Shown one piece after another: positions 49,539 to 59,313 of a stretch of DNA of 59,671 bases. This DNA is from Eubacteriales bacterium (GTDB lineage Bacteria; Bacillota; Clostridia; Oscillospirales; CAG-272), in NCBI GenBank assembly GCA_045604985.1, contig JAZUPD010000045.1:1-59671 (forward strand). Direction: 5' to 3'. A program made the position numbers and the translations under genes. Within the stretch, counting starts at the first letter, position 1. The number at the start of each line of letters is the position of its first letter. Below the pieces are notes generated by a model. The model was not told the DNA's origin and ran no database searches. It worked only from the letters and a program-made list of their open reading frames with translations.

Positions 49539-49672
49539 AAATAAATCCTCCAAAAATTACTTTTCTAAGTACACTATACCATACTTTTCAGAATTTTGCA
49601 AGAGGTATATTGAATTTTTTTATTTTTTAATGAGTAGGTTTAATTTTAAAATACGCTCATATCACCTATATT

Positions 49673-50551
49673 TTAAAGATTCTTTTCCATAAACAGACTT
49701 GCGTTTTCATACGTGAGCTTATCTGCAATATCCTTGCCGAATTTTTCGCACAGCTTTTCGTATATCATCGGGACGCTTTCTATTCCCGAAATATCATTCG
49801 GCATCGGCGCACCGTCCATATCTGCACCAAAGCAGGTAACGTCCTCTCCGCCAAGGGAAAGATAATGCTCAAAATGACGAAGGACATCCTCCGCCGTGCA
49901 TTTTTTATCATCAAATGTAAGATGATAAGCACATAGACTGAGTCCAACGACACCGCCAAGCTCTTTAATACGCAAAAACTGCTCATCCCGAAGATTTCTC
50001 CTATGAGAATATACAGAATATGAACATGAATGTGAAGCTATAACCGCTTTTCCCTGCTTTTCTGCCATATTCAATATTTCATCCGCACTTTTAACGGAGC
50101 AATGTGAGATATCGGGAATAATTCCTATTTCAAAGCATCTTCCAACGACTTCCTTGCCAAAATCGGTAAGTCCAGCATCGGTATCATATGCTCCGCCAAT
50201 GATACTTTTGCCCTTCCACACAGGAATAAGAAATCTTATGCCCATGGAACGAAGAATATCCAGCCTTTCGATTTCACCGCAAAGAAGCCTTGCATCCTCA
50301 AGAGAAAAAGCAAATGGACCGAAATCGGACGGAACGGAGCTGTTGCGCAAAAAATTTGCGTGCATTTCGAGAAAATCATCAAAGGCTTCCTTGTCCGAAC
50401 GCTCATTATTGCACCACAGTGCCATTACCTGCCTGTATTCATCAAGGCTTTTTGCCCTTTCAATCGAAATGTTGAGCTTATTTTTTATCATTCCTTCATT
50501 TTGAACATACATTTCATATGCTGTGTCGCAATGCAGATCAAAAAATTTCAT
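49673..50551 (-). CDS. membrane dipeptidase (peptidase M19)
   Basis: DLHCD, GLT.FG, DISH, ASHS, RNL.D, G.D.DG. Confidence 0.9.
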   Translation of the reverse strand: MKFFDLHCDTAYEMYVQNEGMIKNKLNISIERAKSLDEYRQVMALWCNNERSDKEAFDDFLEMHANFLRNSSVPSDFGPFAFSLEDARLLCGEIERLDILRSMGIRFLIPVWKGKSIIGGAYDTDAGLTDFGKEVVGRCFEIGIIPDISHCSVKSADEILNMAEKQGKAVIASHSCSYSVYSHRRNLRDEQFLRIKELGGVVGLSLCAYHLTFDDKKCTAEDVLRHFEHYLSLGGEDVTCFGADMDGAPMPNDISGIESVPMIYEKLCEKFGKDIADKLTYENASLFMEKNL

Positions 50552-50711
50552 ATCTTCTCCTATCATCCAAATCGGTCAAACTATTCACCTTAATAATACT
50601 GTATGGTACTCAAAGCCTTGTTAGCACCGCTATAATGATTAAACCCCAGCTATCCTTCAGCTCTATGTGAAGAATTTTCGTATCGTCTATGTGCAAAGCT
50701 TTTGTTTCCAA

Positions 50712-51470
50712 TCATTTCAATGTTTTATACAAAAAGCTTTTACCTCGTTTTTCATCACTTTTTTCAATTAAACCGAGTTTGCAAAGTATTTTCAGCGCAG
50801 AGTATCCGCCATAGGAGCGAACACCCGCCGCCTTCATATATTCACTTGCAGTAAAAGTCTCTCCAAGGTCTTTCGGAAGAAATTCGACATAATCCTCAGC
50901 TTTTGAATAGATTTTTTCTTCTATCAGCCCGATCGGCATCATCTGAAATCTCTTAGAGCCGCGCTTTTTGTCTGCGCTCCATCCGCAAAGAAGCCTATAT
51001 TCTTCCTCTTCAAGAAGCAAAAAAGTTATCTTTAACCGCTCGTTCCCAAGAAAGTCGCTGATAAACAGCCAATCACGCATAATATCCTTTGGCAAGGTCT
51101 TTTTATTGGATTTTTTTCTCGATCTTATCTCCCCGCTCTCAGGATCAAGCCAAACGCACCATTTTATATACGGCAAAGGCCTTACTATGTTTACCGAAAA
51201 AGCTGTTTTTTCAAGATAATATTTCAGCTTTTCTTTCATTGGATAGAAACATCCCGTCTGAATTTCAATAATTTCGTTTTCTCTTAAAATATCCGCAACA
51301 TACGGCCCTATCTGTATTTCGTGCATGGATTCATCATCCTCAATAAACTTTTTAAGGATCTGATGAAGCCTTTTTTCCTTTAAAGTCCCGATATTTTCGC
51401 CGTTTTTTCTGTCCGAGAGCAGATTTTCTCTTATGCAAAGTTCAAAACGAAGCTTATCTCCCTCTCTCAC
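50712..51470 (-). CDS. conserved hypothetical protein with PD-(D/E)XK-like nuclease motif and C-terminal wHTH-like segment
   Basis: IGTL.EK.LH..LK, YVADI......IEIQT. Confidence 0.55.
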   Translation of the reverse strand: MREGDKLRFELCIRENLLSDRKNGENIGTLKEKRLHQILKKFIEDDESMHEIQIGPYVADILRENEIIEIQTGCFYPMKEKLKYYLEKTAFSVNIVRPLPYIKWCVWLDPESGEIRSRKKSNKKTLPKDIMRDWLFISDFLGNERLKITFLLLEEEEYRLLCGWSADKKRGSKRFQMMPIGLIEEKIYSKAEDYVEFLPKDLGETFTASEYMKAAGVRSYGGYSALKILCKLGLIEKSDEKRGKSFLYKTLK

Positions 51471-53332
51471 GTTGCAATACCCGCAAATTGATTACTATAC
51501 AGCTTTGAATATTCTCCGCCAAGTGCGAGAAGTTCTTCGTGGCTGCCGCTCTCAACGATAATGCCATCCGACAAAACAACTATAACATCAGCATCTCTTA
51601 TTGTGGAAAGTCTGTGAGCAATGATAAGCGAGGTCCTGTTTTTCATTAGATTTACCATCGCCTGCTGGATATGCATTTCGGTTCTTGTATCAACGGATGA
51701 CGTGGCCTCATCGAGAATGAGTATCTTGGGATCTGCAAGCACCGCGCGGGAGATCGCAAGAAGCTGTCTTTGTCCCTGTGAAAGATTAGACCCGGCTTCG
51801 GCAAGCTCGGTATCATAACCTTCAGGTAAACGGCTTATAAATCTGTCTGCGTTCGAAGTCTTCGTTGCTCTTCTTATGTCCTCCTCGGTGGCGTTATCAT
51901 TTCCATATTTGATATTCGTCCTTATTGTGTCGCAAAAAAGCACCGTGTCCTGAAGAACTATGCCGATAACTCTGCGGAGTACATCCTTTGGTATTTGGGT
52001 TATATTTACTCCGTCTACCGTGATAGAGCCACCGTTTATCTCATAAAATCTCGTGAGAAGATTAACTATGGTAGTCTTTCCCGAGCCTGTTGCTCCAACG
52101 ATGGCGATCTTCTGACCCGGCTCAACCTTTAGATTGAACTTTTTGAGAACAGGCTTGCCCTCAACATATGAAAAATCAACGTCACGGAAAACGATCTCTC
52201 CCCTCATGTTTTCAGTATCAAATTCCGTCTTTCCATCGTCGATCTCGTTTTCGCTGTCCATTATCTCAAAAATTCTTTCTGCCGCAGCAAGTGCCGTTAA
52301 AATCGCCGAATACTGGTTTGCAATCTGATTTATGGGATGTGTAAATTTCTTTGAATATTGAAGCATTGCCTGAATTGCACCGATGGTGATACCAAGCCCC
52401 TTAAGCATCATAAAGCCGCCGCTTGCTGCAATGAGAACATACTGAAAATTTCCCAAAAAATTCATAACAGGTCCCATAACAGAGCCCCATACTCTTGCTG
52501 AAATACTGTTTTTGCGAAGGGCTTCGCTTTCTGCAGCAAAATTTGAAACAGCCTTCTCCTCTCTTCCGTATGCCACAACGGTTTTATACGATGTAACCAT
52601 TTCCTCGACCTCGCCGTTAAGAGTTCCCAGAAGCTTTTGCTGACGGATAAAATATTTTCGCATGAATTTTGCAAGGTTTGCCGATACTAAAATCGTTATC
52701 GGGATTGTAAGAATAGCAATGAGCGTTATCTGCCAGCTGTAATATACCATCATGGCAAACGCACCGGCAAGAGTCATGATACTTGAAAAAAGCATCGTTA
52801 TAGAAGACGAAACAGCATTTGAAACATTTTCAACATCGTTTGTCATTCTGGACATAATATCACCGTGTCTGTGATTATCGGTATAACTGATGGGCAGTCT
52901 CGATATTTTTTTGAAAAGATCATTTCTCATTATAAATACGGTACTTTGCGAAAGCTTTGCCGAAAGAAGTCCCTGCGAATAAAACAAAACAGAGCTTATA
53001 ACGAATATAACCGCCATTATTATTAGATATCCGATGAGAGCTTCAAAATCCACGATAGTTATATTACCTTCTATCTTGAATGTATCAATCGCCTTTTGCT
53101 GGAAAAACGGTCCTAAAAGGTCAATTACGGTAACGCCTATCATTATTCCCAGCAAAGCAAAGAGAATCGCTCTGCTTTTTCCGATATATCTGAAAAGTCT
53201 GCCGATGGTGCGCTTCAAATTTTTCGGCTTTTCGCGGTTGAGCCTTGCACTCATAGGTCCTGCGCCGCCTCTTCCGGGTCCCGCTCCTCCTTGGCCCGGT
53301 CTTCCCATTTGCGGTCCTCTCTGGTTATTCAC
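51467..53332 (-). CDS. heterodimeric ABC exporter subunit (TMD+NBD)
   Basis: GATGSGKT, LSQGQRQ, LDEATS, IAHRL; GTG start at 53332 overlaps the upstream stop. Confidence 0.93.
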   Translation of the reverse strand: MNNQRGPQMGRPGQGGAGPGRGGAGPMSARLNREKPKNLKRTIGRLFRYIGKSRAILFALLGIMIGVTVIDLLGPFFQQKAIDTFKIEGNITIVDFEALIGYLIIMAVIFVISSVLFYSQGLLSAKLSQSTVFIMRNDLFKKISRLPISYTDNHRHGDIMSRMTNDVENVSNAVSSSITMLFSSIMTLAGAFAMMVYYSWQITLIAILTIPITILVSANLAKFMRKYFIRQQKLLGTLNGEVEEMVTSYKTVVAYGREEKAVSNFAAESEALRKNSISARVWGSVMGPVMNFLGNFQYVLIAASGGFMMLKGLGITIGAIQAMLQYSKKFTHPINQIANQYSAILTALAAAERIFEIMDSENEIDDGKTEFDTENMRGEIVFRDVDFSYVEGKPVLKKFNLKVEPGQKIAIVGATGSGKTTIVNLLTRFYEINGGSITVDGVNITQIPKDVLRRVIGIVLQDTVLFCDTIRTNIKYGNDNATEEDIRRATKTSNADRFISRLPEGYDTELAEAGSNLSQGQRQLLAISRAVLADPKILILDEATSSVDTRTEMHIQQAMVNLMKNRTSLIIAHRLSTIRDADVIVVLSDGIIVESGSHEELLALGGEYSKLYSNQFAGIAT

Positions 53333-55130
53333 CGATATCACCACCGTTCTTTATCTGGGAATCATAGATATCCCTATACGTTTCACTTATACGCATAAGC
53401 TCGTTATGGTTTGCACAATGCTTGATAGTGCCGTCCTCTATAAGGGCAATCCTATCCGCTTCCTTGACTGATGCAATTCTCTGAGCAATCATAATGACAG
53501 TGGTCTCCTTCATTTTCTCATGAAGTGCGTGTCTCAGCTTAGATTCGGTCACAAGATCAAGAGCCGAGGTCGCATCATCAAAAATAAGTATTTCCGGCTT
53601 TCTGATAACGCCTCTGGCAATAGAAAGCCTCTGCTTTTGTCCGCCGCTAAGAGAAGCTCCCTTTTCAGCAATAAAATTATCATATCCGTCGGGAAGATGC
53701 TCCACAAAATCCTTGGCCTGTGCAGTTTCGACCGCATCCTTTATTTCGTCAAGGGTTGCGTCCTCTTTTCCCCAACGGATATTGTTTGAAACCGTGTCGG
53801 AAAAAAGCTCGCTCTTCTGCATAACATAGCTTATCTTATTGCGAAGCGAGGAAAGTTTATATTCCTTGACGTCAATCCCGTTTACACGAACTATTCCCTC
53901 GGTTGGATCGTAAAATCTGGGAATAAGGCTCACAAGCGAGGTCTTTCCGCATCCTGTTGAACCGATGATGGCAAGCGTCTCGCCTCGTTTGACCTGAAGA
54001 TTTATGCCATGAATCACCTCATCGCCAACAGTACCGGGATAACGGAAGCTGACATTTTCAAAGGAAACGGCAATATCCTCGGTCATTCCATCTTTTTCGC
54101 CACTCTTTATTGCGGGATCCGATTCCATTACCTCGTTTATTCTCTTTCCGGATGCAATGGCTCTCGAAATAGAATTGAACATCATGGTGACCATCATTAT
54201 CGACATGATGACCTGTGTAACATATGTAATTCCTGCCATAACGCTTCCTACACGCATTCCCGCAATACCGCTGCTTATATCTATTCCACCGATAAGGATA
54301 ATTGCAATAATTGCAAAGTTTTGGACAATATTCAGCACAGGTTGGATTATCGCCATGAGGCGCAGAACACGAAGATTTATGCTCTTAAGCTCTCCGTTCG
54401 CCATGGAAAAACGATTCGTTTCATAGTCCTCTCTTACATACGCCTTTACAACTCTTGCACCGCTTACATTTTCCTGTACGACCGAATTTACCTTATCGAG
54501 TTTTTTTTGAACAGTTCCAAAAAGAGGTATTGATTTCGAAAGAACGAAAATGAGGGTCGTTAAAAGAAGCGGCAAAGAGCAAAGAAGCACGATTCCAAAT
54601 TTCAAATCAAGGGAAATAAGCATAATCGTTCCGCCAATAAGGAACATTGGCGATCTTACGCAAATACGAAGCACCATTTCAACAAGCTCGATAAGCATTG
54701 CGATATCGTTTGTCATTCTTGTAACAAGAGAGCCTGTTGTAAACTTATCCGTCTGCTCGATCGAAAGGGACATTACCCTTCTGTACGCATCGCATCTAAG
54801 ATCATGTCCAAAGCCCTGCGATGCTCTTGCGGCGGTATAGGCGCACATAGTTCCAAAAAATCCGCCCACCAGAACGATCAGCAGCATCATAACGCCAAAG
54901 GTAATAATAATATTCATCTGGGTAAAATCACTTCCGAAAAGTGCGGTCATTATTTTATAAGGCAGTCCCGACTTTGTAATTTCTTCAAGACCGCCCTCGG
55001 CAATTCCGTAGTCAACGATATAAGACATGAGCTTCGGAAGCGAAAGGTCTGCCAAGACTTCGCCTATCATAAGCAAAGGAGAGATTATGGCAAAAATCAA
55101 ATACGGTTTCAAATATTTAGCAAGCTTCAT
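53325..55130 (-). CDS. heterodimeric ABC exporter subunit (degenerate-site partner)
   Basis: GSTGCGKT, LSGGQKQR, FDDATS, IAQR. Confidence 0.93.
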   Translation of the reverse strand: MKLAKYLKPYLIFAIISPLLMIGEVLADLSLPKLMSYIVDYGIAEGGLEEITKSGLPYKIMTALFGSDFTQMNIIITFGVMMLLIVLVGGFFGTMCAYTAARASQGFGHDLRCDAYRRVMSLSIEQTDKFTTGSLVTRMTNDIAMLIELVEMVLRICVRSPMFLIGGTIMLISLDLKFGIVLLCSLPLLLTTLIFVLSKSIPLFGTVQKKLDKVNSVVQENVSGARVVKAYVREDYETNRFSMANGELKSINLRVLRLMAIIQPVLNIVQNFAIIAIILIGGIDISSGIAGMRVGSVMAGITYVTQVIMSIMMVTMMFNSISRAIASGKRINEVMESDPAIKSGEKDGMTEDIAVSFENVSFRYPGTVGDEVIHGINLQVKRGETLAIIGSTGCGKTSLVSLIPRFYDPTEGIVRVNGIDVKEYKLSSLRNKISYVMQKSELFSDTVSNNIRWGKEDATLDEIKDAVETAQAKDFVEHLPDGYDNFIAEKGASLSGGQKQRLSIARGVIRKPEILIFDDATSALDLVTESKLRHALHEKMKETTVIMIAQRIASVKEADRIALIEDGTIKHCANHNELMRISETYRDIYDSQIKNGGDIGE

Positions 55131-55600
55131 TCGGTTTCGTCCTCACATAAAAGGTTATTTCTCATTTTTATCAATATTTTGGTTACGGTTTCGATCTCCT
55201 CTTCGGTGAGACCTCTCATAACACTTCTGTCTATACGCTGGAGATTTTCAAAATTCAGCCTTTCAAGATTTTTCCCCTTTTCGGTCAGATAAATCTTTGA
55301 AATTCTCGCATCAGATGGGTCGCTTTCTTTGGTCACAAGTCCCATTTCCTCCATTTTTTTAAGCCCCAAACTGACTGTCGGTTTGCTGAGATGAGTATAT
55401 TCAACAAGGTGTATCATCGAGATGCCTTCACTTTTTGCAAGAATCCTCATAAGTCTTTGGCTGCTGTGCGGAAGCGAATCCGGAAAAACACCGCTTCCCC
55501 TTGCTCTTGCATCGAAAAGCCTTGCTATGGAATTTAGTATCATAACGGGGTTTTCTACGATAGTATTTCCGCAAGAACTTTTAAATTCCAATTTTTTCAT
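55127..55600 (-). CDS. MarR-family regulator
   Basis: K.ME..GLV......D.R...IYLTEKG; first gene of the ABC operon. Confidence 0.9.
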   Translation of the reverse strand: MKKLEFKSSCGNTIVENPVMILNSIARLFDARARGSGVFPDSLPHSSQRLMRILAKSEGISMIHLVEYTHLSKPTVSLGLKKMEEMGLVTKESDPSDARISKIYLTEKGKNLERLNFENLQRIDRSVMRGLTEEEIETVTKILIKMRNNLLCEDETE

Positions 55601-55612
55601 ATAAAACCTCCA

Positions 55613-55661
55613 AATTAGTTTGTTTGCAAACTAATTATATCACTTTCTCCACAAAAGTCAA
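55613..55661 (-). promoter_or_regulatory. marR-ABC promoter with palindromic operator
   Basis: AATTAGTTTG-TTTG-CAAACTAATT (55613-55636) overlapping TATAAT; TTGACT 16 nt upstream. Confidence 0.8.
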
Positions 55662-55791
55662 GGATTTTTGATCATTTTACATTTTGTTCAAAACATATTA
55701 TGGCTTTAAGTTTATTTTTTGTAACACATTAAATGTTCGTTCCTTGCACAAATTAGTCTCAGACAAAGTCAAGATAAAGGAAGTATTGAAA

Positions 55792-57000
55792 ATGCAAGCA
55801 AAAATTTTAAAAATATCATCGGTCATTCTCACTGCTTTATTGGTTTTGACCGCTTTTATAATGGGAATAGCCGACATACTTGTTCCCGCAAGACAGTCAT
55901 ATCATTTCGGACAGAAGCCGTATGAAAACGTATTTATAAAAATTGTAACCGATCAGGCCCTGCCTGCCGCCTCAACACCTTATTACAAGCAAACACTAAG
56001 TGGTAAAGCAAAGCTTTTCGGTTTTTTGCCTCTAAAAAACGTAAGTATAGATTATTATGATGAATTTTGTCTCTATGTTGGCGGATTTCCATTTGGTGTA
56101 AAGTTTTATACCGATGGGATAGTGGTGGTTGATATAACCGCTGTAGAGACAGACAGCGGAAATTTTAATCCTGCACATGATGCAGGAATCAGAGAAAACG
56201 ACATTATCACAAAATGTAACGGTGAAACACTTTCGGGAGCAGAAGCGCTGACTAAAATGATTGAGGAATCTGGAGGCAACTCGCTGACGCTTACCTACGA
56301 AAGAAACGGTGAGGAATTTTCTGCCTTGATCACCCCCGTAAGATCGAAAGAAGATGGGCTATATAAAACGGGAATGTGGATAAAGGACAGCGGTGCAGGA
56401 ATAGGCACGGTAACCTATCTTTCCCCGGAGGATAACAGCTTTGGCGGTCTCGGACACGGTATTTGCGATCCTGTGAGCGGTGTTCTTATGCCCATGGAGC
56501 GCGGAAATCTGATGGATGTCAGCATCAATGGCGTAAAAAAAGGTCTGGTGGGAGAGCCTGGGGAAATAAAAGGATTTTTTGACGGAGAAAAGCTTGGTGC
56601 GGTGCTGAAAAACACAAATTGCGGTGTTTTCGGTCTGTACACGAAAAAGCCGTCAGAAGCGGTAACTCTCCTGCCCGTTGGTCTTAAAAGTGAGATTAAA
56701 AGCGGAAAAGCCACCGTAGTATGCACCCTTGACGATCAAGGAGCAAAGGAATATGAGATAGAACTCTCAGCAATAAACTATTCAGCATCTCCCGACTCAA
56801 ACAAATGCTTTACGGTGAAGGTCACAGATCCTGCCCTGCTTGACATTACAGGCGGCATCGTACAAGGTATGAGCGGTAGCCCCATTATCCAAAAGGGCAA
56901 AATAATCGGCGCCGTAACGCATGTGCTTGTCAATGATCCTACAACCGGCTACGGCATATTTATTGAGAACATGTTAGCCGAGGCAGAGAAAATTAAATAA
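55792..57000 (+). CDS. spoIVB: SpoIVB peptidase (S55)
   Basis: PDZ domain, AGIGT.T, LGHGI.D, GGIVQGMSGSPIIQ, GAVTHV. Confidence 0.95.
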   Translation: MQAKILKISSVILTALLVLTAFIMGIADILVPARQSYHFGQKPYENVFIKIVTDQALPAASTPYYKQTLSGKAKLFGFLPLKNVSIDYYDEFCLYVGGFPFGVKFYTDGIVVVDITAVETDSGNFNPAHDAGIRENDIITKCNGETLSGAEALTKMIEESGGNSLTLTYERNGEEFSALITPVRSKEDGLYKTGMWIKDSGAGIGTVTYLSPEDNSFGGLGHGICDPVSGVLMPMERGNLMDVSINGVKKGLVGEPGEIKGFFDGEKLGAVLKNTNCGVFGLYTKKPSEAVTLLPVGLKSEIKSGKATVVCTLDDQGAKEYEIELSAINYSASPDSNKCFTVKVTDPALLDITGGIVQGMSGSPIIQKGKIIGAVTHVLVNDPTTGYGIFIENMLAEAEKIK

Positions 57001-57006
57001 TTAATA

Positions 57007-57043
57007 ACAAAAACACTCACTGTTTACCGGTGGGTGTTTTTGT
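57007..57043 (+). terminator. intrinsic terminator after spoIVB
   Basis: ACAAAAACACTCAC..GTGGGTGTTTTTGT. Confidence 0.75.
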
Positions 57044-57102
57044 CTAAAAAGTTATATAATTTATTAGACGAAAAGAGCGAATGAACTTTTTAAGAAAACA
57101 AA

Positions 57103-57144
57103 TTAACCAAAAAGGTTGACAAAGCAAAAGTCATGTGCTATAAT
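57103..57144 (+). promoter_or_regulatory. sigma-A promoter with candidate XRE operator
   Basis: TTGACA(57116)-17-TATAAT(57139) with TG extension; AACC-AAAAA-GGTT inverted repeat overlaps the -35. Confidence 0.75.
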
Positions 57145-57185
57145 TAGCTTGTGATTTGAAAAATCATAATTAGGAGGTTACAAAA

Positions 57186-57545
57186 ATGATTACTGCTTTT
57201 GGAAAATTTTTGCGTATTCTAAGAATGGATAACGGAGAAATTTTAAAGACTATGGCTGAAAAACTTGAAGTTACATCTTCTTTTCTTTCAGCAGTAGAGA
57301 ACGGCAAGAAAAAAATTCCCGGGGATTGGGCAGAAAAAATCAGCAATTTATATTCATTATCCAATGAGAAGATTATCGAATTGCAAAATGCCATAAGCGA
57401 AACAAATGAATGTGTTGAAATTGGACTCGCAAATCTCAATTTCAAGCAAAGAGAATTAGCATTTTCGTTTGCCCGCAAGTTAAATAGCTTTAATGATAGT
57501 GAATTGCAAAAGTTATGGCAAATTTTAAAGGAGAACAAAAACTGA
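57186..57545 (+). CDS. XRE-family HTH regulator
   Basis: FGKFLR.LR....LK.MAEKLEVTSSFLSAVENGKK. Confidence 0.9.
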   Translation: MITAFGKFLRILRMDNGEILKTMAEKLEVTSSFLSAVENGKKKIPGDWAEKISNLYSLSNEKIIELQNAISETNECVEIGLANLNFKQRELAFSFARKLNSFNDSELQKLWQILKENKN

Positions 57546-57548
57546 TTT

Positions 57549-58070
57549 ATGGCAAATGTAGTTGCACAAGGTATATCAAGAAAACAGATACGAGCTTTTA
57601 CGAAATATGTTCGTGAATTATGTGGAATGACAGATCGTTTGTATTTCCCGGTAGTAGAATTTTTGGAAATTATTTTACCGAATTTAATTGATGATTTTAC
57701 ATATGAGATAGTTGAACATTCAGAAATGCCCGATAAGGAGGGCGAAACTATCCCAAGCCTAAATACAATTAAAATTCGTGAAGACGTTTATGAAAAAGCT
57801 ACTCATGGTGACGGCAGAGCGAGATTCACAATTTTGCACGAAGTCGGACACTTGCTTATGCATGATAACGACAGAGTTGCACTCTGCAGAAAATCAGACA
57901 ATGCTCCTTTAAAAGCTTACGAAGATCCTGAATGGCAGGCAGATGTTTTTGCCGGAGAACTTTTAATAGCGGAACATCTTGTCAAAGGTATGAGTGTAAA
58001 TGAAATTGAAATTCGTTGTGGTGCTTCTCACGCTGCAGCAGAGTGTCAATATAAACAAATAGGGAGGTAA
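57549..58070 (+). CDS. ImmA/IrrE-family Zn metallopeptidase
   Basis: RARFTILHEVGH, DPEWQADVFAGELL. Confidence 0.9.
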   Translation: MANVVAQGISRKQIRAFTKYVRELCGMTDRLYFPVVEFLEIILPNLIDDFTYEIVEHSEMPDKEGETIPSLNTIKIREDVYEKATHGDGRARFTILHEVGHLLMHDNDRVALCRKSDNAPLKAYEDPEWQADVFAGELLIAEHLVKGMSVNEIEIRCGASHAAAECQYKQIGR

Positions 58071-58108
58071 CTGAAATGTTAAATATAGGGTTTACTTGAA
58101 AAAAGAAA

Positions 58109-58272
58109 AAACACATTAGAAAAGTTGCTGGTAACAACTAAACAATGTGTTTCATCGCGGATATGCTGAAAGCATACCTATTAACTGTAGTTATATTTTA
58201 GCATATCCGTAAACAAAAATCAATAGATTGGAGTAATTTTTATGAAATTTATTATTTTTATGTTTACGGAGG
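58109..58272 (+). promoter_or_regulatory. structured leader with mutually exclusive hairpins, one covering the DUF4417 RBS
   Basis: stems 58109-17/58144-52, 58158-67/58200-09 and 58206-15/58261-70; RBS GGAGG at 58268-58272. Confidence 0.55.
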
Positions 58273-58282
58273 AAACAAATTT

Positions 58283-58936
58283 ATGCAAAAAACTAAATAT
58301 GACGACGGATTTCACAGTTATTTGGTAAATGGTGCTGCAATAGTAGGCGAGCCGGGAATTCCATTACTTATGGATTTAAAAAACACCCAAATACCAAGAG
58401 ATATCGTTCCTTTTGAAAAAGCTAAATCTCAAACTGACAAGCGGAAATATGTGCATTTTTATATGCACGATAAAGATTTTTCTGATGTACTAACATCAAC
58501 AACTAAATATCTTGACTTACTTAAACAATTTGACGGAGTTATTACTCCTGATTGTTCCCTATTGATAGGACAGTCTAAATGTTTGCAACAAACAAACACT
58601 TATTTCAATCGTGCTGTTGGATATTATTTTCAAAAGAACGGTATCCCGGTAATACCTAATATTCGTTGGAGCGATGAAAGTAGTTTTGATTATTGCTTTT
58701 TAGGAGTACCAAAACGAAGTATTGTTTCTGTGAGTACACACGGTTGTATTCGTTCAAATGAACAGAAACGAATGTTTAAAGCGGGATTAAAAGAAATGAT
58801 AAAGATTCTTGAACCGACCGATGTTTTAGTTCATGGACATATGCCTGAATGTGTTTTTGCAGAATTTCAAAATGATGTTAAATTCCATCGTTACAAAAGT
58901 CAGTTTGAGAGAACTCACGAGAAAGAAGGTGCGTGA
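58283..58936 (+). CDS. DUF4417-family protein
   Basis: VHFYMHD, FDGVITPDCSL, Q..GIPVIPNIRW, CFLGVPK, VSTHG, G..EM. Confidence 0.82.
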   Translation: MQKTKYDDGFHSYLVNGAAIVGEPGIPLLMDLKNTQIPRDIVPFEKAKSQTDKRKYVHFYMHDKDFSDVLTSTTKYLDLLKQFDGVITPDCSLLIGQSKCLQQTNTYFNRAVGYYFQKNGIPVIPNIRWSDESSFDYCFLGVPKRSIVSVSTHGCIRSNEQKRMFKAGLKEMIKILEPTDVLVHGHMPECVFAEFQNDVKFHRYKSQFERTHEKEGA

Positions 58937-58937
58937 G

Positions 58938-59312
58938 TTGGGAACAAGCATATATAAAGGCGGAACTACAAAGCATCACAGTATATCAGATAATATTGGC
59001 AGTTTAAAATCGAACTATAAGTATTCAAAAGGATATTTTGGCGATAAAGGGCAAGGTCGAGACTTTACGAGAAATATTAGTAGTAACAATCCTGTTAAAA
59101 CAGCCAAAGAATTCTATGATACCGCATCAAAAGGCGGAATAGAAACTACCTACGGCAAGGGAAAATATACCAAACTTTCCGACGGTACTATTATGTCGTA
59201 TCGTGAAATATCATCATCAGACGGCACATCTGTAGTAGAAATAAATATACGACAAAGTTCAAATAGTGCCGGTGTGAAATTTCAAAAAATACATTTTGTG
59301 AAAGGGAATTAA
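58938..59312 (+). CDS. small basic protein, toxin-domain-like (possible nuclease)
   Basis: TTG start right after the DUF4417 stop; 124 aa K/G/S-rich; L.DGT...YR..SSSDG..VVEINI ... KIHF C-terminus. Confidence 0.55.
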   Translation: MGTSIYKGGTTKHHSISDNIGSLKSNYKYSKGYFGDKGQGRDFTRNISSNNPVKTAKEFYDTASKGGIETTYGKGKYTKLSDGTIMSYREISSSDGTSVVEINIRQSSNSAGVKFQKIHFVKGN

Positions 59313-59313
59313 A

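Noticed and set aside
50610-50711. 33-aa minus-strand ORF (TTG start, LETKALHID...) or sRNA between the nuclease-like gene and the dipeptidase
   Set aside because: No clear RBS, no recognisable motif and no convincing stable structure.
259-57538. numerous antisense or nested ORFs in the track (e.g. 259-945, 2077-2691, 10928-11551, 45902-46510, 57170-57538)
   Set aside because: Shadows of well-supported genes on the other strand or frame, without motifs or RBS.
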